64,000 nt of DNA, taken from positions 23,870 to 87,869 of the forward strand of contig VBOW01000020.1 of assembly GCA_005893275.1 (NCBI GenBank), in the 5' to 3' direction. The notes under the pieces are model-generated. The model had not been told where the DNA came from, searched no databases, and saw nothing but the letters and a program-made list of their open reading frames with translations. Position 1 is the stretch's first letter; every line of letters begins with the position of its first letter. The stretch is from Candidatus Eiseniibacteriota bacterium. Lineage in GTDB: Bacteria; Eisenbacteria; RBG-16-71-46; SZUA-252. The translations under genes were made by a program, and so were the position numbers. Below, in pieces: positions 9,561 through 18,860 of this stretch.

Positions 9561-10990
9561 TGGGAGAGGAGCCCGCCATTCCCAAGCGCCTCGAGCTTCG
9601 ATCGTTGCCCTCGGTCGGCTCCCTGCTCGAATCCAAGGAGATGGCCGAGCTTCAGGGGCTTGCGCCCCGCGGGGTGCTCGTCTCTGCGGCGCGCGAGGCG
9701 ATCGCCGCCGCGCGCTCGGCGATCCGGCGCGCGGGTGGGGCCAAACGGGCTGGCCTTCCCGGGCGCGAGGCCATCCTGCGCGACGCGGTGCGGCGGGTCG
9801 GGGCGGCGGTCCGCCCGGCGTTTCACGCCGTGATCAACGCCACCGGAATCGTCCTCCATACGAACCTCGGACGTGCCGCGCTGGCGGAGGAGGCGGTTTC
9901 CGCCGTGGCCGAGGCCGCGCGGCGCTATACCAATCTGGAGCTCGACTTGGAGAGCGGGTCGCGCGGCTCGCGGATGGCGCATCTGGAACCGCTTGTCACC
10001 GAGCTTCTGGGCGCCGAGGCTGCGCTCGTCGTGAACAACAACGCGGCCGCGATGCTCCTCGCGCTGAACACCTTCTCCCTCGGCAAGGAGGCAATCGTCT
10101 CGCGCGGGCAGCTGGTCGAGATCGGCGGCTCCTTTCGAATTCCGGAAATCTTGGAGCGGGCGGGGGCCCGACTCCGCGAGGTCGGCACGACCAACAGGAC
10201 CCGTCTCCGCGACTACGAGCGCGCCATCGGCCCCGAAACCGGGATGCTCCTCCGTGTCCACCCGAGCAATTTCGCGATGATAGGTTTCACGGAGGAGGTC
10301 ACGCGGGAAGAGCTTACCGCGTTGAGCCGGAAGAAACGGCTGCCGCTCCTCGAGGATATCGGAAGCGGCGCGCTCATCGATTTCGGGCGATGGGGGTTGC
10401 CGGCGGAGCCGATCGCGCGCGAGGCCCTCGCGCAGGGCATGCCGCTTATTTGCTTCAGCGGCGACAAATTGCTCGGGGGCCCCCAGGCAGGAATCCTCGC
10501 GGGGCGAAGGGGTCTCGTCGCGTCGCTCAAGGCAAATCCTCTATCGCGCGCGCTCCGCGTGGACAAGCTCACGCTGGCGGCCCTGGAGGCGACCCTTCGT
10601 CTTTACCGCGATCCCGAGAAGCTCGCGGCCTCGATTCCAACCCTGCGCATGCTCGCCGAGCCCGCTGCGAGCGTCCGGGCGCGCGCCAAGGCGGTGCTTC
10701 GGGCGATCGGAGCGGATCGCGCTTCTCACAACCGCGTGGAGGTGGTAGCCTGCACAACCGAAGTGGGTGGAGGCGCGATGCCGCTCGCCCGCGTTCCCTC
10801 GTACGCCCTGGCGCTGCGTCCCGCGCGGGGCAAGGTCGAGCACCTAGCCCGCTCGCTCCGTACGGGTCCCGAGCCGGTGATTGGTCGGATCGAGTCGGGT
10901 CGGCTCCTTTTGGACCTCCGTACGGTGAGTCGCGGCGAACTTTCCAAGCTCGCCGCCTCGCTGCTGCGCGTGCTCGAGGAGGAACCCTGA
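9560..10990 (+). CDS. selA: L-seryl-tRNA(Sec) selenium transferase
   Basis: Collinear with E. coli SelA over its length. Shared motifs are VINATGIVLHTNLGRA, VVNNNAAAMLLAL, SRGQLVEIGGSFRIPEI, FSGDKLLGGPQAGI (the PLP-binding Lys) and RVDKLTLAALEATLRLY. Confidence 0.85.
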   Translation: MGEEPAIPKRLELRSLPSVGSLLESKEMAELQGLAPRGVLVSAAREAIAAARSAIRRAGGAKRAGLPGREAILRDAVRRVGAAVRPAFHAVINATGIVLHTNLGRAALAEEAVSAVAEAARRYTNLELDLESGSRGSRMAHLEPLVTELLGAEAALVVNNNAAAMLLALNTFSLGKEAIVSRGQLVEIGGSFRIPEILERAGARLREVGTTNRTRLRDYERAIGPETGMLLRVHPSNFAMIGFTEEVTREELTALSRKKRLPLLEDIGSGALIDFGRWGLPAEPIAREALAQGMPLICFSGDKLLGGPQAGILAGRRGLVASLKANPLSRALRVDKLTLAALEATLRLYRDPEKLAASIPTLRMLAEPAASVRARAKAVLRAIGADRASHNRVEVVACTTEVGGGAMPLARVPSYALALRPARGKVEHLARSLRTGPEPVIGRIESGRLLLDLRTVSRGELSKLAASLLRVLEEEP

Positions 10991-11004
10991 CGCCGTCCGC
11001 CGAA

Positions 11005-12624
11005 TTGGAAGTCGAGCGGTATTCCGATCCCCAGAGCTTCGCGCGGGAAGTCAACCTCCCGCTCATCGGCACCGTTCGCGTGACCCCCGTCTTGTCCGGC
11101 GCCCCCGCCTCGACCTTCTTGGAGACCACCGATCGGGAAGGGTTGAGGCCGGCCATCGAGGTCCTGACCCAGACCCGCAAATCGCTCACGCTTCGGTCCC
11201 TCTTTCTGACCGGATTCCCGCACGATCCGGAATTCTTCGCCTCCGGATTGGCGCTCGCCCGCGAATGGAGCCGCCAGGGGCTCAAGGTGGCCGTCGTGGA
11301 CCTTGATTATCGCCACCCGACGGTGGTCCGGCCGCGCCCCGATGCCAACGAGGGCTACGTGGACGCCCTCGAGTACGGCTGCTCCTTTCAGCGGATCGCG
11401 TGGGAGATTGTCGCCGACGGCCTTTGGTTGGTCGGCGCGGGGAGCCACCCTCCCGATGAGGAGCGGTTCGCCGAGCATCCCGACTGGGCCAGGGTCATGC
11501 GGATCTTCTCGTCACGTGTTGACGTGACGCTCTACCTGGCGCCTTTTCTCGACCGAAAGGGGTTTACGGGGCGTCTTTCCAAACGGATGGACGGGGTTCT
11601 CCTCCTCGCTTCGGTCGAGCGGGCGAGCCGGGCCGCCCTCCGGGATGCATTCCTCGAGCTGTGGGGCTCGGACGCGCCGATGATCGGTTGTCTCGGGATC
11701 GCGGTGCCGCATACGCGAGCCCCGAAGGTCGCCGGGGCAGCGGACGCGATCCCGTCGGAGAGCGTGGTAGCGCAGACGGAAATCCGTGCGACCGGAAGCC
11801 CGGAGCGCTCGGGGCCGGAGCGCTCGGGTCCGGAGCGCGCCGGCCCAGCCCCGCGGCGGCCGTCCGCGTCGCCTATGGCTGAGGAATCGAGCGACGTGGC
11901 GCCCCGCGCGCTCGTCACGAAGCTATCCGATGAAGTGAAGCAGGGCCGGCTGCCACCACGCGTGGGAATCCGCCTGAACTCGCGTACCCTGTTTTACGCC
12001 CTCGCGGCCATTCTGGTGCTCGAGGGAGCCTTTGCGATCTACCAGGTGGTGCACCACAGGACGCCCAGGGTCACGGGCGGCGGGGAAACGCTGCCGGCCG
12101 GCACGGAGCCGGTCCTTCCCGCGGATGTCGGCCCCGCAAAACCCCAAAAGGCTCCCCAAGCCGGTGCAACGGGTGCCGGGGTCGAAACCCCCGAGGCGAA
12201 CCGGGCTTCGAACCCAGCGGCCGGCGCGCCCGGCTCGATCGAGGCGACCTCACCGCCCCCGGGTCTCGAGTCGGAGACGCCCGCGCCGGAGACGCACGCC
12301 CCCGCGCCTGCGCCGGAGACGTCCGCCTCCGCGCCCGCGCCATCACCGCCGGCAAGCGCGGGCCAGCCCGGAGCGCCCGAGGCGCGGCCCTATCGCGTCC
12401 ACATCGCCTCGTTCCGTTCCCAGGCCAAGGTCCGCGACATGGTGAAAAGCCTCCGCGCGCGCGGCGTCAGCGCGTGGTACGCGGCCGCCGGCGATCAGCC
12501 GGGCTGGTATCGAGTGTTCGTCGGTCATTACGCAACCCACAGGGAAGCCGAGCGAAAGGCCTCGTGGCTGCTCGATCATGGCCTGGTGGATCGCGCCGTG
12601 GCGTATCCCGACAACGAGAGGTAA
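11005..12624 (+). CDS. Membrane protein: N-terminal degenerate BY-kinase/MinD-like domain (Walker A lost) + TM helix + Pro/Thr/Ala-rich linker + C-terminal SPOR domain
   Basis: Residues LTGFPHDPEFFASGLALAREWSRQGLKVAVVDLDYRHPTV...DGVLLLASVERASRAALRDAF align in order to Wzc/CapB BY-kinase C-domains, but GEGKST is replaced by GFPHDPEF. TM segment LFYALAAILVLEGAFAIYQVV. C-terminal YRVHIASFRSQAKVRDMVKSLRARGVSAWY...YRVFVGHY is a SPOR fold. The start is uncertain: TTG 11005 or GTG 11080. Confidence 0.55.
   Translation: MEVERYSDPQSFAREVNLPLIGTVRVTPVLSGAPASTFLETTDREGLRPAIEVLTQTRKSLTLRSLFLTGFPHDPEFFASGLALAREWSRQGLKVAVVDLDYRHPTVVRPRPDANEGYVDALEYGCSFQRIAWEIVADGLWLVGAGSHPPDEERFAEHPDWARVMRIFSSRVDVTLYLAPFLDRKGFTGRLSKRMDGVLLLASVERASRAALRDAFLELWGSDAPMIGCLGIAVPHTRAPKVAGAADAIPSESVVAQTEIRATGSPERSGPERSGPERAGPAPRRPSASPMAEESSDVAPRALVTKLSDEVKQGRLPPRVGIRLNSRTLFYALAAILVLEGAFAIYQVVHHRTPRVTGGGETLPAGTEPVLPADVGPAKPQKAPQAGATGAGVETPEANRASNPAAGAPGSIEATSPPPGLESETPAPETHAPAPAPETSASAPAPSPPASAGQPGAPEARPYRVHIASFRSQAKVRDMVKSLRARGVSAWYAAAGDQPGWYRVFVGHYATHREAERKASWLLDHGLVDRAVAYPDNER
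11798..11845 (+). repeat. Imperfect 15-nt tandem repeat (x3) CCGGAGCGCTCGGGN inside the SPOR-protein linker, encoding SGPER-SGPER-SGPER
   Basis: Read directly: gcccggagcgctcggg gccggagcgctcggg tccggagcgcgccgg. Confidence 0.6.
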
Positions 12625-12627
12625 CCC

Positions 12628-15600
12628 GTGTTCCTGAAGCGTCTCGACATCCAGGGCTTCAAGTCCTTCCCGCAGCGCATCCGCGTCGACTTCGGTCCGG
12701 GGATCACGTCGGTCGTGGGGCCGAACGGGAGCGGCAAGACCAACATCGTCGAAGCCATCCGCTGGGTGCTGGGCGAACAGAACATGAGGCACCTCCGCGG
12801 CGACACGCTGGAGGACGTGATCTTCACCGGCTCGGCCCAGCGAAAGCCTCTCGGCATGGCCGAGGTGTCGCTCACGATGTTCAACAACCGGGGGGTCCTG
12901 CCCGTCGAGTACACGGAAATCGCGATCTCGCGCCGTACGTTCCGCAACGGACAGAGCGAGTATTTCATCAACAGAAAACCCTGCCGCCTGCGCGACCTGC
13001 GCGACCTCTTTCTGGACACCGGGATGGGCTCCCACGCCTACTCCCTCATCGAACGAGGCATGGTCGACAACGTCCTCTCCGACGAGAGCGGCCACCGGCG
13101 CTTCCTGTTCGAGGAGGCGGCGGGAATCATGCGCTACAAGACCCGAAAGAAGGAGGCGCTCCAAAAGCTCGATCTGACCCTCGCCGATCTGACGCGCGTG
13201 AACGACGTCGTCGCCGAGATCGAGCGCGAGATTCGATCGCTCGCCCGGCAGGTGGGGAAGGCCCGGCGGTTCAATCGTCTGCGCGAGGAGATCAAGACGT
13301 TCGACCTGGGTCTGGCGAAGGAGGACTACGAACGCCTCGCCGGCGCCGGAGGCGCGTTGCACGAGCAGCAGGCCAGGGCCGAAGACCGCCGGGGCTCGCT
13401 CGCGGGCGTGCTCGCCCGGCACGAGGCGGAGCTGGAGCAGCTCAAGCTCGAGCTCCTGAAGCGAGAGGCGGAGGTGCGTCTCGCGCAGGAAGAGCTCGAC
13501 GAGCGCGAAGCGCGCGGCGCGGCGCTCCTGAACGAAGTCGCCGTGCTCCGGGAGCGGCGCGCGGGGCTGCTCGAGAAGCTCGAGCACGCGCGCTCGGAAG
13601 GGGTGCGGCTCAAGGCCAGCTTGGAGGAGCTGAGACGCGCGAAGGAGAAGCTCGAGGAGGAACGAACGCGGCTGGGAGCGGCCCAGGCGGAGAAGGCGCG
13701 CGAGCTACTGGAATTGGATGCGGCGATCGAGGCGATGCTCCCGCAGCTCGAAGCCCGGCGCGAGGCCCTGCGGGAGCGAAAGCAGCTCTCGCTGGATCTG
13801 TTCCAGACCCGCGTGAAGCAGCAAAGCGCCGCGCAGAGCTGGGCGGAGAAGGAGAATGAGCTCACCCGAAAGAAGGGGCAGCTTCTCGAGGAATTGAAGG
13901 CGCTCGAACTCGAGGAGCGGTCGCTTGCCGAAACGCTGGAGGGTATCGGCCGCGCGGCGGACTCCTCCGCCGTGGAGGTGGAGCGGGCGCGCTCGCGCGT
14001 CGAAAGCGAAACCCGCGCGATCGCCGGGATCGAGGAGCAAATCCGCGTCCAGGACGAGTCGGAGAAACGGGCGCGCGAGGAATTTGCGGCGCTCGAATCA
14101 CGCCGCGCCACCCTTCGCGAGCTCAAAGACCGCTACGAGGGCTACGACGAGAGCGTCCGCTCCTTGGTGGCCGGTCCGACCCGCCCCGCGCGGATCCTCG
14201 GGACGGTCGGCGACGTGTTGCACGCCTCCGGCGACTGGCTGGCCGCGCTCGAAGCCTCGCTCGGCGAGGCGGTCCAGTTCATCGTCGCGGAGCGCACGGA
14301 GGCGGCGCTCAAGGCGCTCAAGGCGCTGGAATCGGGCGGCGGAGGCCGCGCGACCTTTATCGCGCTGGACCGGCTTTCCTGGGCCCGCGCCGCCGAGATA
14401 CCGGAGAAGGTGCTCGCGGCGCCGGGCGTCCACGGACTGCTGCTCGAACATGTCCGCTTCGAGCCGGGATTCGTGGCGCTGGCGTCCTTCCTGCTTTCGG
14501 GTGTGGTGGTCGTGGATTCGATCGAGGTCGGGTTGAAGCTCTTGGAACAGCATCGCGAGCTCAGGCTGCACTTCGTGACGCGGCACGGGGAGCACGTTCG
14601 GTCCCCGGGAATTTACCAGGGCGGAGGGGGACCCACGCGCGCGGGCTCGGTCCTGCGCCGCGAGGAGGAGCTGGAGCGGCTCGAAAAGGAGATCACGCGC
14701 TCCTCCGCCGAGCTCAAGACGGCGCTCACGCTCACGGAAACGCTGCGAGGGGGGCGGGTCGAGGCGCAGGCCGCGCTCGAGGACGCGAATCGCGAGCTTC
14801 GGGAAGCCGAGGAAGCCCAGCGCGCCGAGGAGGCGAGGCGCGCCGAGCATGAGATCAGGAAGGAAGCCGCCGTGCGCTCCCAGGCTGCGCTCCACGCGGC
14901 GCTCGGTGCCGTCGAGTCGGAGCTCAAAGCCGCCCTCGCCGAGGCCGAGATCGCCGGGCTCGCGCTCAAGTCCTCGGACGAGGAGCAAGGCCGTCTCGAG
15001 GCGGACGTGGCGCGCGAGGAGGCGGGGATGCGCGAGCTGGAGGAGGAGCGCGCGCGTCTCGGCGCGCGGCACGCGGACCTGCGAATCGAGACGACCCGCG
15101 CGGAGGCCGCCTTCGAGGCAAGCCTCGGCGAGATCGAGCGGATTCGGCTCAGCGCCGAGGAAGCGGAGCGCGAGATCCGCGCGCGAAGCGAAGAAGGGGC
15201 CGAGACGGAACGGCGAATTCGTGAGGCCCAAGAGGAGGGCGAGCGCAAGGAGCGGGATCTGGAGGGGGAGATCGCGCTCAAGGCGGAGAAGGACCGGGCG
15301 GTCCAGGCTTCTCGGGAGCGGTTCGGGGGAGTGAAGGGCGCGGCCGACGATCTCGAGATCAAGGCCCGCGACAGCCGCCGGGAGCTGAACGAGCTGACCG
15401 AACGGCTCCACCGGGCGGAGCTCGAGCACGCCGAGTCCGAATCGGAAATGCGCGTCCTGGTCGAGCGCGTCCGAAACGAGTACGAGCTGGACCTCGCGAC
15501 CTGGACCGAGCCGCCGGCGGGGGTCGCCGCGGGCCCCGGCCCCCTCGCGGAGCTGGAAGATGTGGACTTCGAAGGGGAAGAAGGGCAGGTGTCGGATGAA

Positions 15601-16362
15601 GCGATTGTGACCCGCGCGGTCGAAGGGCCGGGCCCGGGCGCCGGGTCCCCGCCCGCTTCACGCCAGGAACGTCGCGAGCGCCTGCGTCTCTTACAAGAGA
15701 AGCTCCGTTCCCTGGGCCCCGTCAATCTTCTCGCGATGCAGGACTACGAGGAGCGCCGGCAGCGCCTCTCCTTCCTCACCGGCCAGCGCAAGGACCTCGA
15801 CGAGGCGCGGCAGTCGCTCCTCGAGGCGATCCAGAAGATCAACCGGACCGCCTCGGAGCTGTTTCAAAAAACCTTCGGCGAGGTGAACGAGAACTTCCAA
15901 AAGGTGTTCCGCACGCTCTTCGAAGGGGGCGAGGCGGCGCTCACCCTGAGCGGGGACGATCCGCTCGAGGCGGAAATCGAGATCCTCGCGCGCCCGCGCG
16001 GGAAGAAGCCGCAGTCGCTCTCGCTCCTTTCCGGCGGCGAGAAGGCTCTGACCGCGATCGCCCTCCTCTTCGCGATCTATCTGGTCAAGCCCAGCCCCTT
16101 CTGCATCCTCGACGAGGTGGACGCGCCGCTCGACGACGCCAACATCGACCGCTTCGTTCTCCTGCTTCGGGAGTTCAGCCAGAACACCCAGTTCATCGTC
16201 GTGACGCACAACAAGAAGACGATGGAGGTCGCGGACTGCCTCTACGGGGTCACGATGGAGGAGCCGGGTGTCTCGAAGCTGGTCTCCGTCCGCTGGAATA
16301 CCGAAGCGGCTCGCGAATCCGAGCCCGAAGAGGAGCGGGAGTTGGCGCGGGCGGAAACGTAG
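12628..16362 (+). CDS. smc: Chromosome segregation protein SMC
   Basis: MFLKRLDIQGFKSFPQRIRVDFGPGITSVVGPNGSGKTNIVEAIRWVLGEQ. Long coiled coils. C-terminal LSGGEKALTAIALLFAI...DEVDAPLDDAN. 1244 aa. Confidence 0.92.
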   Translation: MFLKRLDIQGFKSFPQRIRVDFGPGITSVVGPNGSGKTNIVEAIRWVLGEQNMRHLRGDTLEDVIFTGSAQRKPLGMAEVSLTMFNNRGVLPVEYTEIAISRRTFRNGQSEYFINRKPCRLRDLRDLFLDTGMGSHAYSLIERGMVDNVLSDESGHRRFLFEEAAGIMRYKTRKKEALQKLDLTLADLTRVNDVVAEIEREIRSLARQVGKARRFNRLREEIKTFDLGLAKEDYERLAGAGGALHEQQARAEDRRGSLAGVLARHEAELEQLKLELLKREAEVRLAQEELDEREARGAALLNEVAVLRERRAGLLEKLEHARSEGVRLKASLEELRRAKEKLEEERTRLGAAQAEKARELLELDAAIEAMLPQLEARREALRERKQLSLDLFQTRVKQQSAAQSWAEKENELTRKKGQLLEELKALELEERSLAETLEGIGRAADSSAVEVERARSRVESETRAIAGIEEQIRVQDESEKRAREEFAALESRRATLRELKDRYEGYDESVRSLVAGPTRPARILGTVGDVLHASGDWLAALEASLGEAVQFIVAERTEAALKALKALESGGGGRATFIALDRLSWARAAEIPEKVLAAPGVHGLLLEHVRFEPGFVALASFLLSGVVVVDSIEVGLKLLEQHRELRLHFVTRHGEHVRSPGIYQGGGGPTRAGSVLRREEELERLEKEITRSSAELKTALTLTETLRGGRVEAQAALEDANRELREAEEAQRAEEARRAEHEIRKEAAVRSQAALHAALGAVESELKAALAEAEIAGLALKSSDEEQGRLEADVAREEAGMRELEEERARLGARHADLRIETTRAEAAFEASLGEIERIRLSAEEAEREIRARSEEGAETERRIREAQEEGERKERDLEGEIALKAEKDRAVQASRERFGGVKGAADDLEIKARDSRRELNELTERLHRAELEHAESESEMRVLVERVRNEYELDLATWTEPPAGVAAGPGPLAELEDVDFEGEEGQVSDEAIVTRAVEGPGPGAGSPPASRQERRERLRLLQEKLRSLGPVNLLAMQDYEERRQRLSFLTGQRKDLDEARQSLLEAIQKINRTASELFQKTFGEVNENFQKVFRTLFEGGEAALTLSGDDPLEAEIEILARPRGKKPQSLSLLSGGEKALTAIALLFAIYLVKPSPFCILDEVDAPLDDANIDRFVLLLREFSQNTQFIVVTHNKKTMEVADCLYGVTMEEPGVSKLVSVRWNTEAARESEPEEERELARAET

Positions 16363-16372
16363 ATCCTCGGTC

Positions 16373-17311
16373 GTGCCGTTCCTCGGGAAGATCACCCAGG
16401 GCCTCAAGAAGACCCGCGACGTGCTCTTCGGGCAGGCGGCCGCCGTGTTCCAGCGCGGCCGCGACCTGAGCGCGGAGGACTACGAGGCGCTCGAGACGGC
16501 GCTTCTTCGCGCCGACGTCGGGCCTTCCACGACGGACAAGATCCTCGACGGGGTCAAGCGGCGGCTCCGCGACGCGTCGTTCGCGGGAGACGCGCAGGAG
16601 GCGCTGGGCGCGGAGATCGAAGGGATTCTCGCGGGGGGGAGCGATGAATTGGGTTCGGGCTCAAAGCAACGACCAGCTCCTCGCTCCCTGGACGCGACCC
16701 CCTACGTGATCCTCGTCGTCGGCGTCAACGGATCCGGGAAGACGACGAGCATCGCCAAGCTCGCGAGCCGCTTCAAGGAAGCCGGAGATTCGGTTCTTCT
16801 CGTCGCGTGTGACACCTTTCGGGCCGCGGCGGCGGATCAGCTCGAGGTCTGGGCCGCGCGGGCTCGTGTGGAAATCGTGAAGCAAAGACCGGGGGCCGAC
16901 CCCGCCGCGGTCGCCTTCGACGGAATGGCCCGCGCGAGGACCCGCGGCATCGCGCGCGTTCTGGTCGACACCGCGGGAAGGCTTCACGTGAAGGTCAATC
17001 TCATGGAAGAAGTGAAGAAGATCCGGCGCGTGATCGAGCAGCAGATTCCCGGCGCGCCGCACGAAGTGCTGCTCGTGCTCGACGCGACCACGGGGCAGAA
17101 CGGGGTGAGCCAGGCGCGCGAGTTCCATCACGCGCTCGGCGTCACGGGGCTCGTGCTCGCGAAGCTCGACGGGAGCGCGAAGGGGGGCGTGGTGCTTGCC
17201 ATCGCCGATACGCTCAAGCTTCCGATCCGCTGGGTGGGCGTGGGGGAGGGCATGGGGGATCTCGTGCCCTTCGACGCGGCCGAGTTCGCGCGGGCGCTCG
17301 TCACCCCGTAG
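16373..17311 (+). CDS. ftsY: Signal recognition particle receptor FtsY (short form without acidic A domain)
   Basis: VVGVNGSGKTTSIAKLA, DTFRAAAADQL and DTAGRLH are GTPase motifs of the SRP family. GTG at 16373 lies 11 nt after the smc stop. smc-ftsY synteny is conserved. Confidence 0.85.
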   Translation: MPFLGKITQGLKKTRDVLFGQAAAVFQRGRDLSAEDYEALETALLRADVGPSTTDKILDGVKRRLRDASFAGDAQEALGAEIEGILAGGSDELGSGSKQRPAPRSLDATPYVILVVGVNGSGKTTSIAKLASRFKEAGDSVLLVACDTFRAAAADQLEVWAARARVEIVKQRPGADPAAVAFDGMARARTRGIARVLVDTAGRLHVKVNLMEEVKKIRRVIEQQIPGAPHEVLLVLDATTGQNGVSQAREFHHALGVTGLVLAKLDGSAKGGVVLAIADTLKLPIRWVGVGEGMGDLVPFDAAEFARALVTP

Positions 17312-18791
17312 GGCTCGCGCGCCGCCCCTCGCCTACGGCACCCTCGCCGAACACCACCTGGTTTTTCCCCAGGGATTTCGCCTGGCGGAGATTGACGTTC
17401 GCCCGGTTCCAGAGCTCGTGTGAAATTTTCTCGCGTCCGCCGGCATCCAGCCCGCGCGTGCGGTCGGCGCCGAGCGAGACGTCGGCCGGGAACATGGCCC
17501 CTCCGAGGCTCATCGTGACCCGCACCGCGTTCTCACGCCCCTCCATCGTGGGGACCACGATCGCGAGGTTTTGAATCTTGAGCCTCAGCCGCTCGCAGAT
17601 GTCGCGTGCCTCCGTGGGTGTCGTCTCGGCGCTCAGGATGAGCGCGAATTCCTCGCCCCCCCATCGCGCGACCGTGTCGAAGGGTCTCACGCTCGACGCG
17701 AGCATTTGCGATACGTCGCGGAGGACGGCGTTTCCCGCCTCATAGCCGTAGAGGTCGTTCAGCTGCTTGAAATTGTCGAGATCCCCGATCACGAGCGACA
17801 TCGGCCGGCCTTCGCGATAGGCGCGGGCGATCTCGCGGTCGAGCTGGCGGCCGAAATAGGGCCGATTGTAGACGCCGGTCAGCTCGTCGATCATCACGAG
17901 CATCCCGAGCTTCTTGAGCGTGACAAGAAGGTCGGTCGCATGCTCGGCGACCACGCTCAGGAGCCCCATTCTTTCCTCGGAGAAGAATTCGGGCGTTCGG
18001 CTCCATGCCTCCAAAACATAGAGAAAGGGCGTCCCCGGCTCGCCGACCCGCGCCATCGCGAGCGAGCGAAAACCATCCGGCGGGCTCGGCTGCTCGTACG
18101 GCGCGATCGCGACGTGCATGGTCGCGTCCATCGCTTCCGCATCGATCATGACGCGCACGTATCCCGGCTTTGCCAGATCTTCGACGTAAACGGGAAGGGC
18201 GCGTCGGCCGACCCAATTCTCCGCGATCGTTCGGTTCCACGGCCCCCCCTCGCTCACCGGCTGGGCGTACCGCGTGTCGAAGCCGCGCGCCAGCGAATAG
18301 AGGCGCGTCTCGTCGCATTCGAGGATCTTCGTGGCCGAAAGCTGGATCGTGCGAAGGATATCCGCGGGGTCGGTCTGGAGGTATTCGGCATTGCGCTCGT
18401 CGCGGGTGAAGAGCTTCCGCTCCACCGCAATCAGGTGCGAGATCACCCGGTACAGAAGGCGGCTCCGGGTTTGCCAGTGGGGTTTCGAAGCGCGGACGAG
18501 TTTCTCGTCCCCCGGGGCGCGTCGTTCCGCCGCCGCAAGAAGGAAGGATTCGCCGGAGCCCGGCGTGCGGTACCGGACGTAGGCTTTCCCGTCGCGCTGA
18601 AAGCGGTCGACGCTCTCGAGAAGACCGGCCTCGATCAGCCGCTCTGCAATCTCGTAGGTGATCTCATCCCGGCGACCCGCGTCCAGGTCCCCGAGGGCGA
18701 GGTCGATCGGGCGCTTCCCTTCGAGGGGGGATTCTTCATGAAGGCGGAGCGAGGAAAAAATTGCCGTACGGATGCGCTGGGATTCGTTCAT
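17301..18791 (-). CDS. Diguanylate cyclase, GAF-like N-terminal region + GGDEF domain
   Basis: LTGVYNRPYFGRQLDREI...GDLDNFKQLNDLYGYEAGNAVL...RWGGEEFALIL has an intact GGEEF active site. Confidence 0.85.
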   Translation of the reverse strand: MNESQRIRTAIFSSLRLHEESPLEGKRPIDLALGDLDAGRRDEITYEIAERLIEAGLLESVDRFQRDGKAYVRYRTPGSGESFLLAAAERRAPGDEKLVRASKPHWQTRSRLLYRVISHLIAVERKLFTRDERNAEYLQTDPADILRTIQLSATKILECDETRLYSLARGFDTRYAQPVSEGGPWNRTIAENWVGRRALPVYVEDLAKPGYVRVMIDAEAMDATMHVAIAPYEQPSPPDGFRSLAMARVGEPGTPFLYVLEAWSRTPEFFSEERMGLLSVVAEHATDLLVTLKKLGMLVMIDELTGVYNRPYFGRQLDREIARAYREGRPMSLVIGDLDNFKQLNDLYGYEAGNAVLRDVSQMLASSVRPFDTVARWGGEEFALILSAETTPTEARDICERLRLKIQNLAIVVPTMEGRENAVRVTMSLGGAMFPADVSLGADRTRGLDAGGREKISHELWNRANVNLRQAKSLGKNQVVFGEGAVGEGRRASPTG

Positions 18792-18837
18792 TCCCTACGG
18801 TCTCGGGTGCCGCGCGATGATGATCGGGAATCGTTCA

Positions 18838-18860
18838 GCTATAATCCACCTAATTATAGC
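18838..18860. promoter_or_regulatory. Inverted repeat GCTATAAT-N7-ATTATAGC (a TATAAT -10-like hexamer on both strands) in the divergent intergenic region
   Basis: Read directly: agCTATAATccacctaATTATAGc. It lies 47-69 bp upstream of the minus-strand GGDEF start, in the AT-richest stretch of the window. Confidence 0.35.

Noticed and set aside
10390-10990. 5' portion of the 744-aa track ORF that overlaps selA
   Set aside because: An alternative frame of selA with a low-complexity translation. The real gene in this frame starts only after the selA stop.
12343-15725. Several long minus-strand ORFs (414, 443 and 370 aa) opposite smc
   Set aside because: Ser/Arg/Ala low-complexity translations of the antisense of a coiled-coil gene. 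smc is unambiguous on the + strand.
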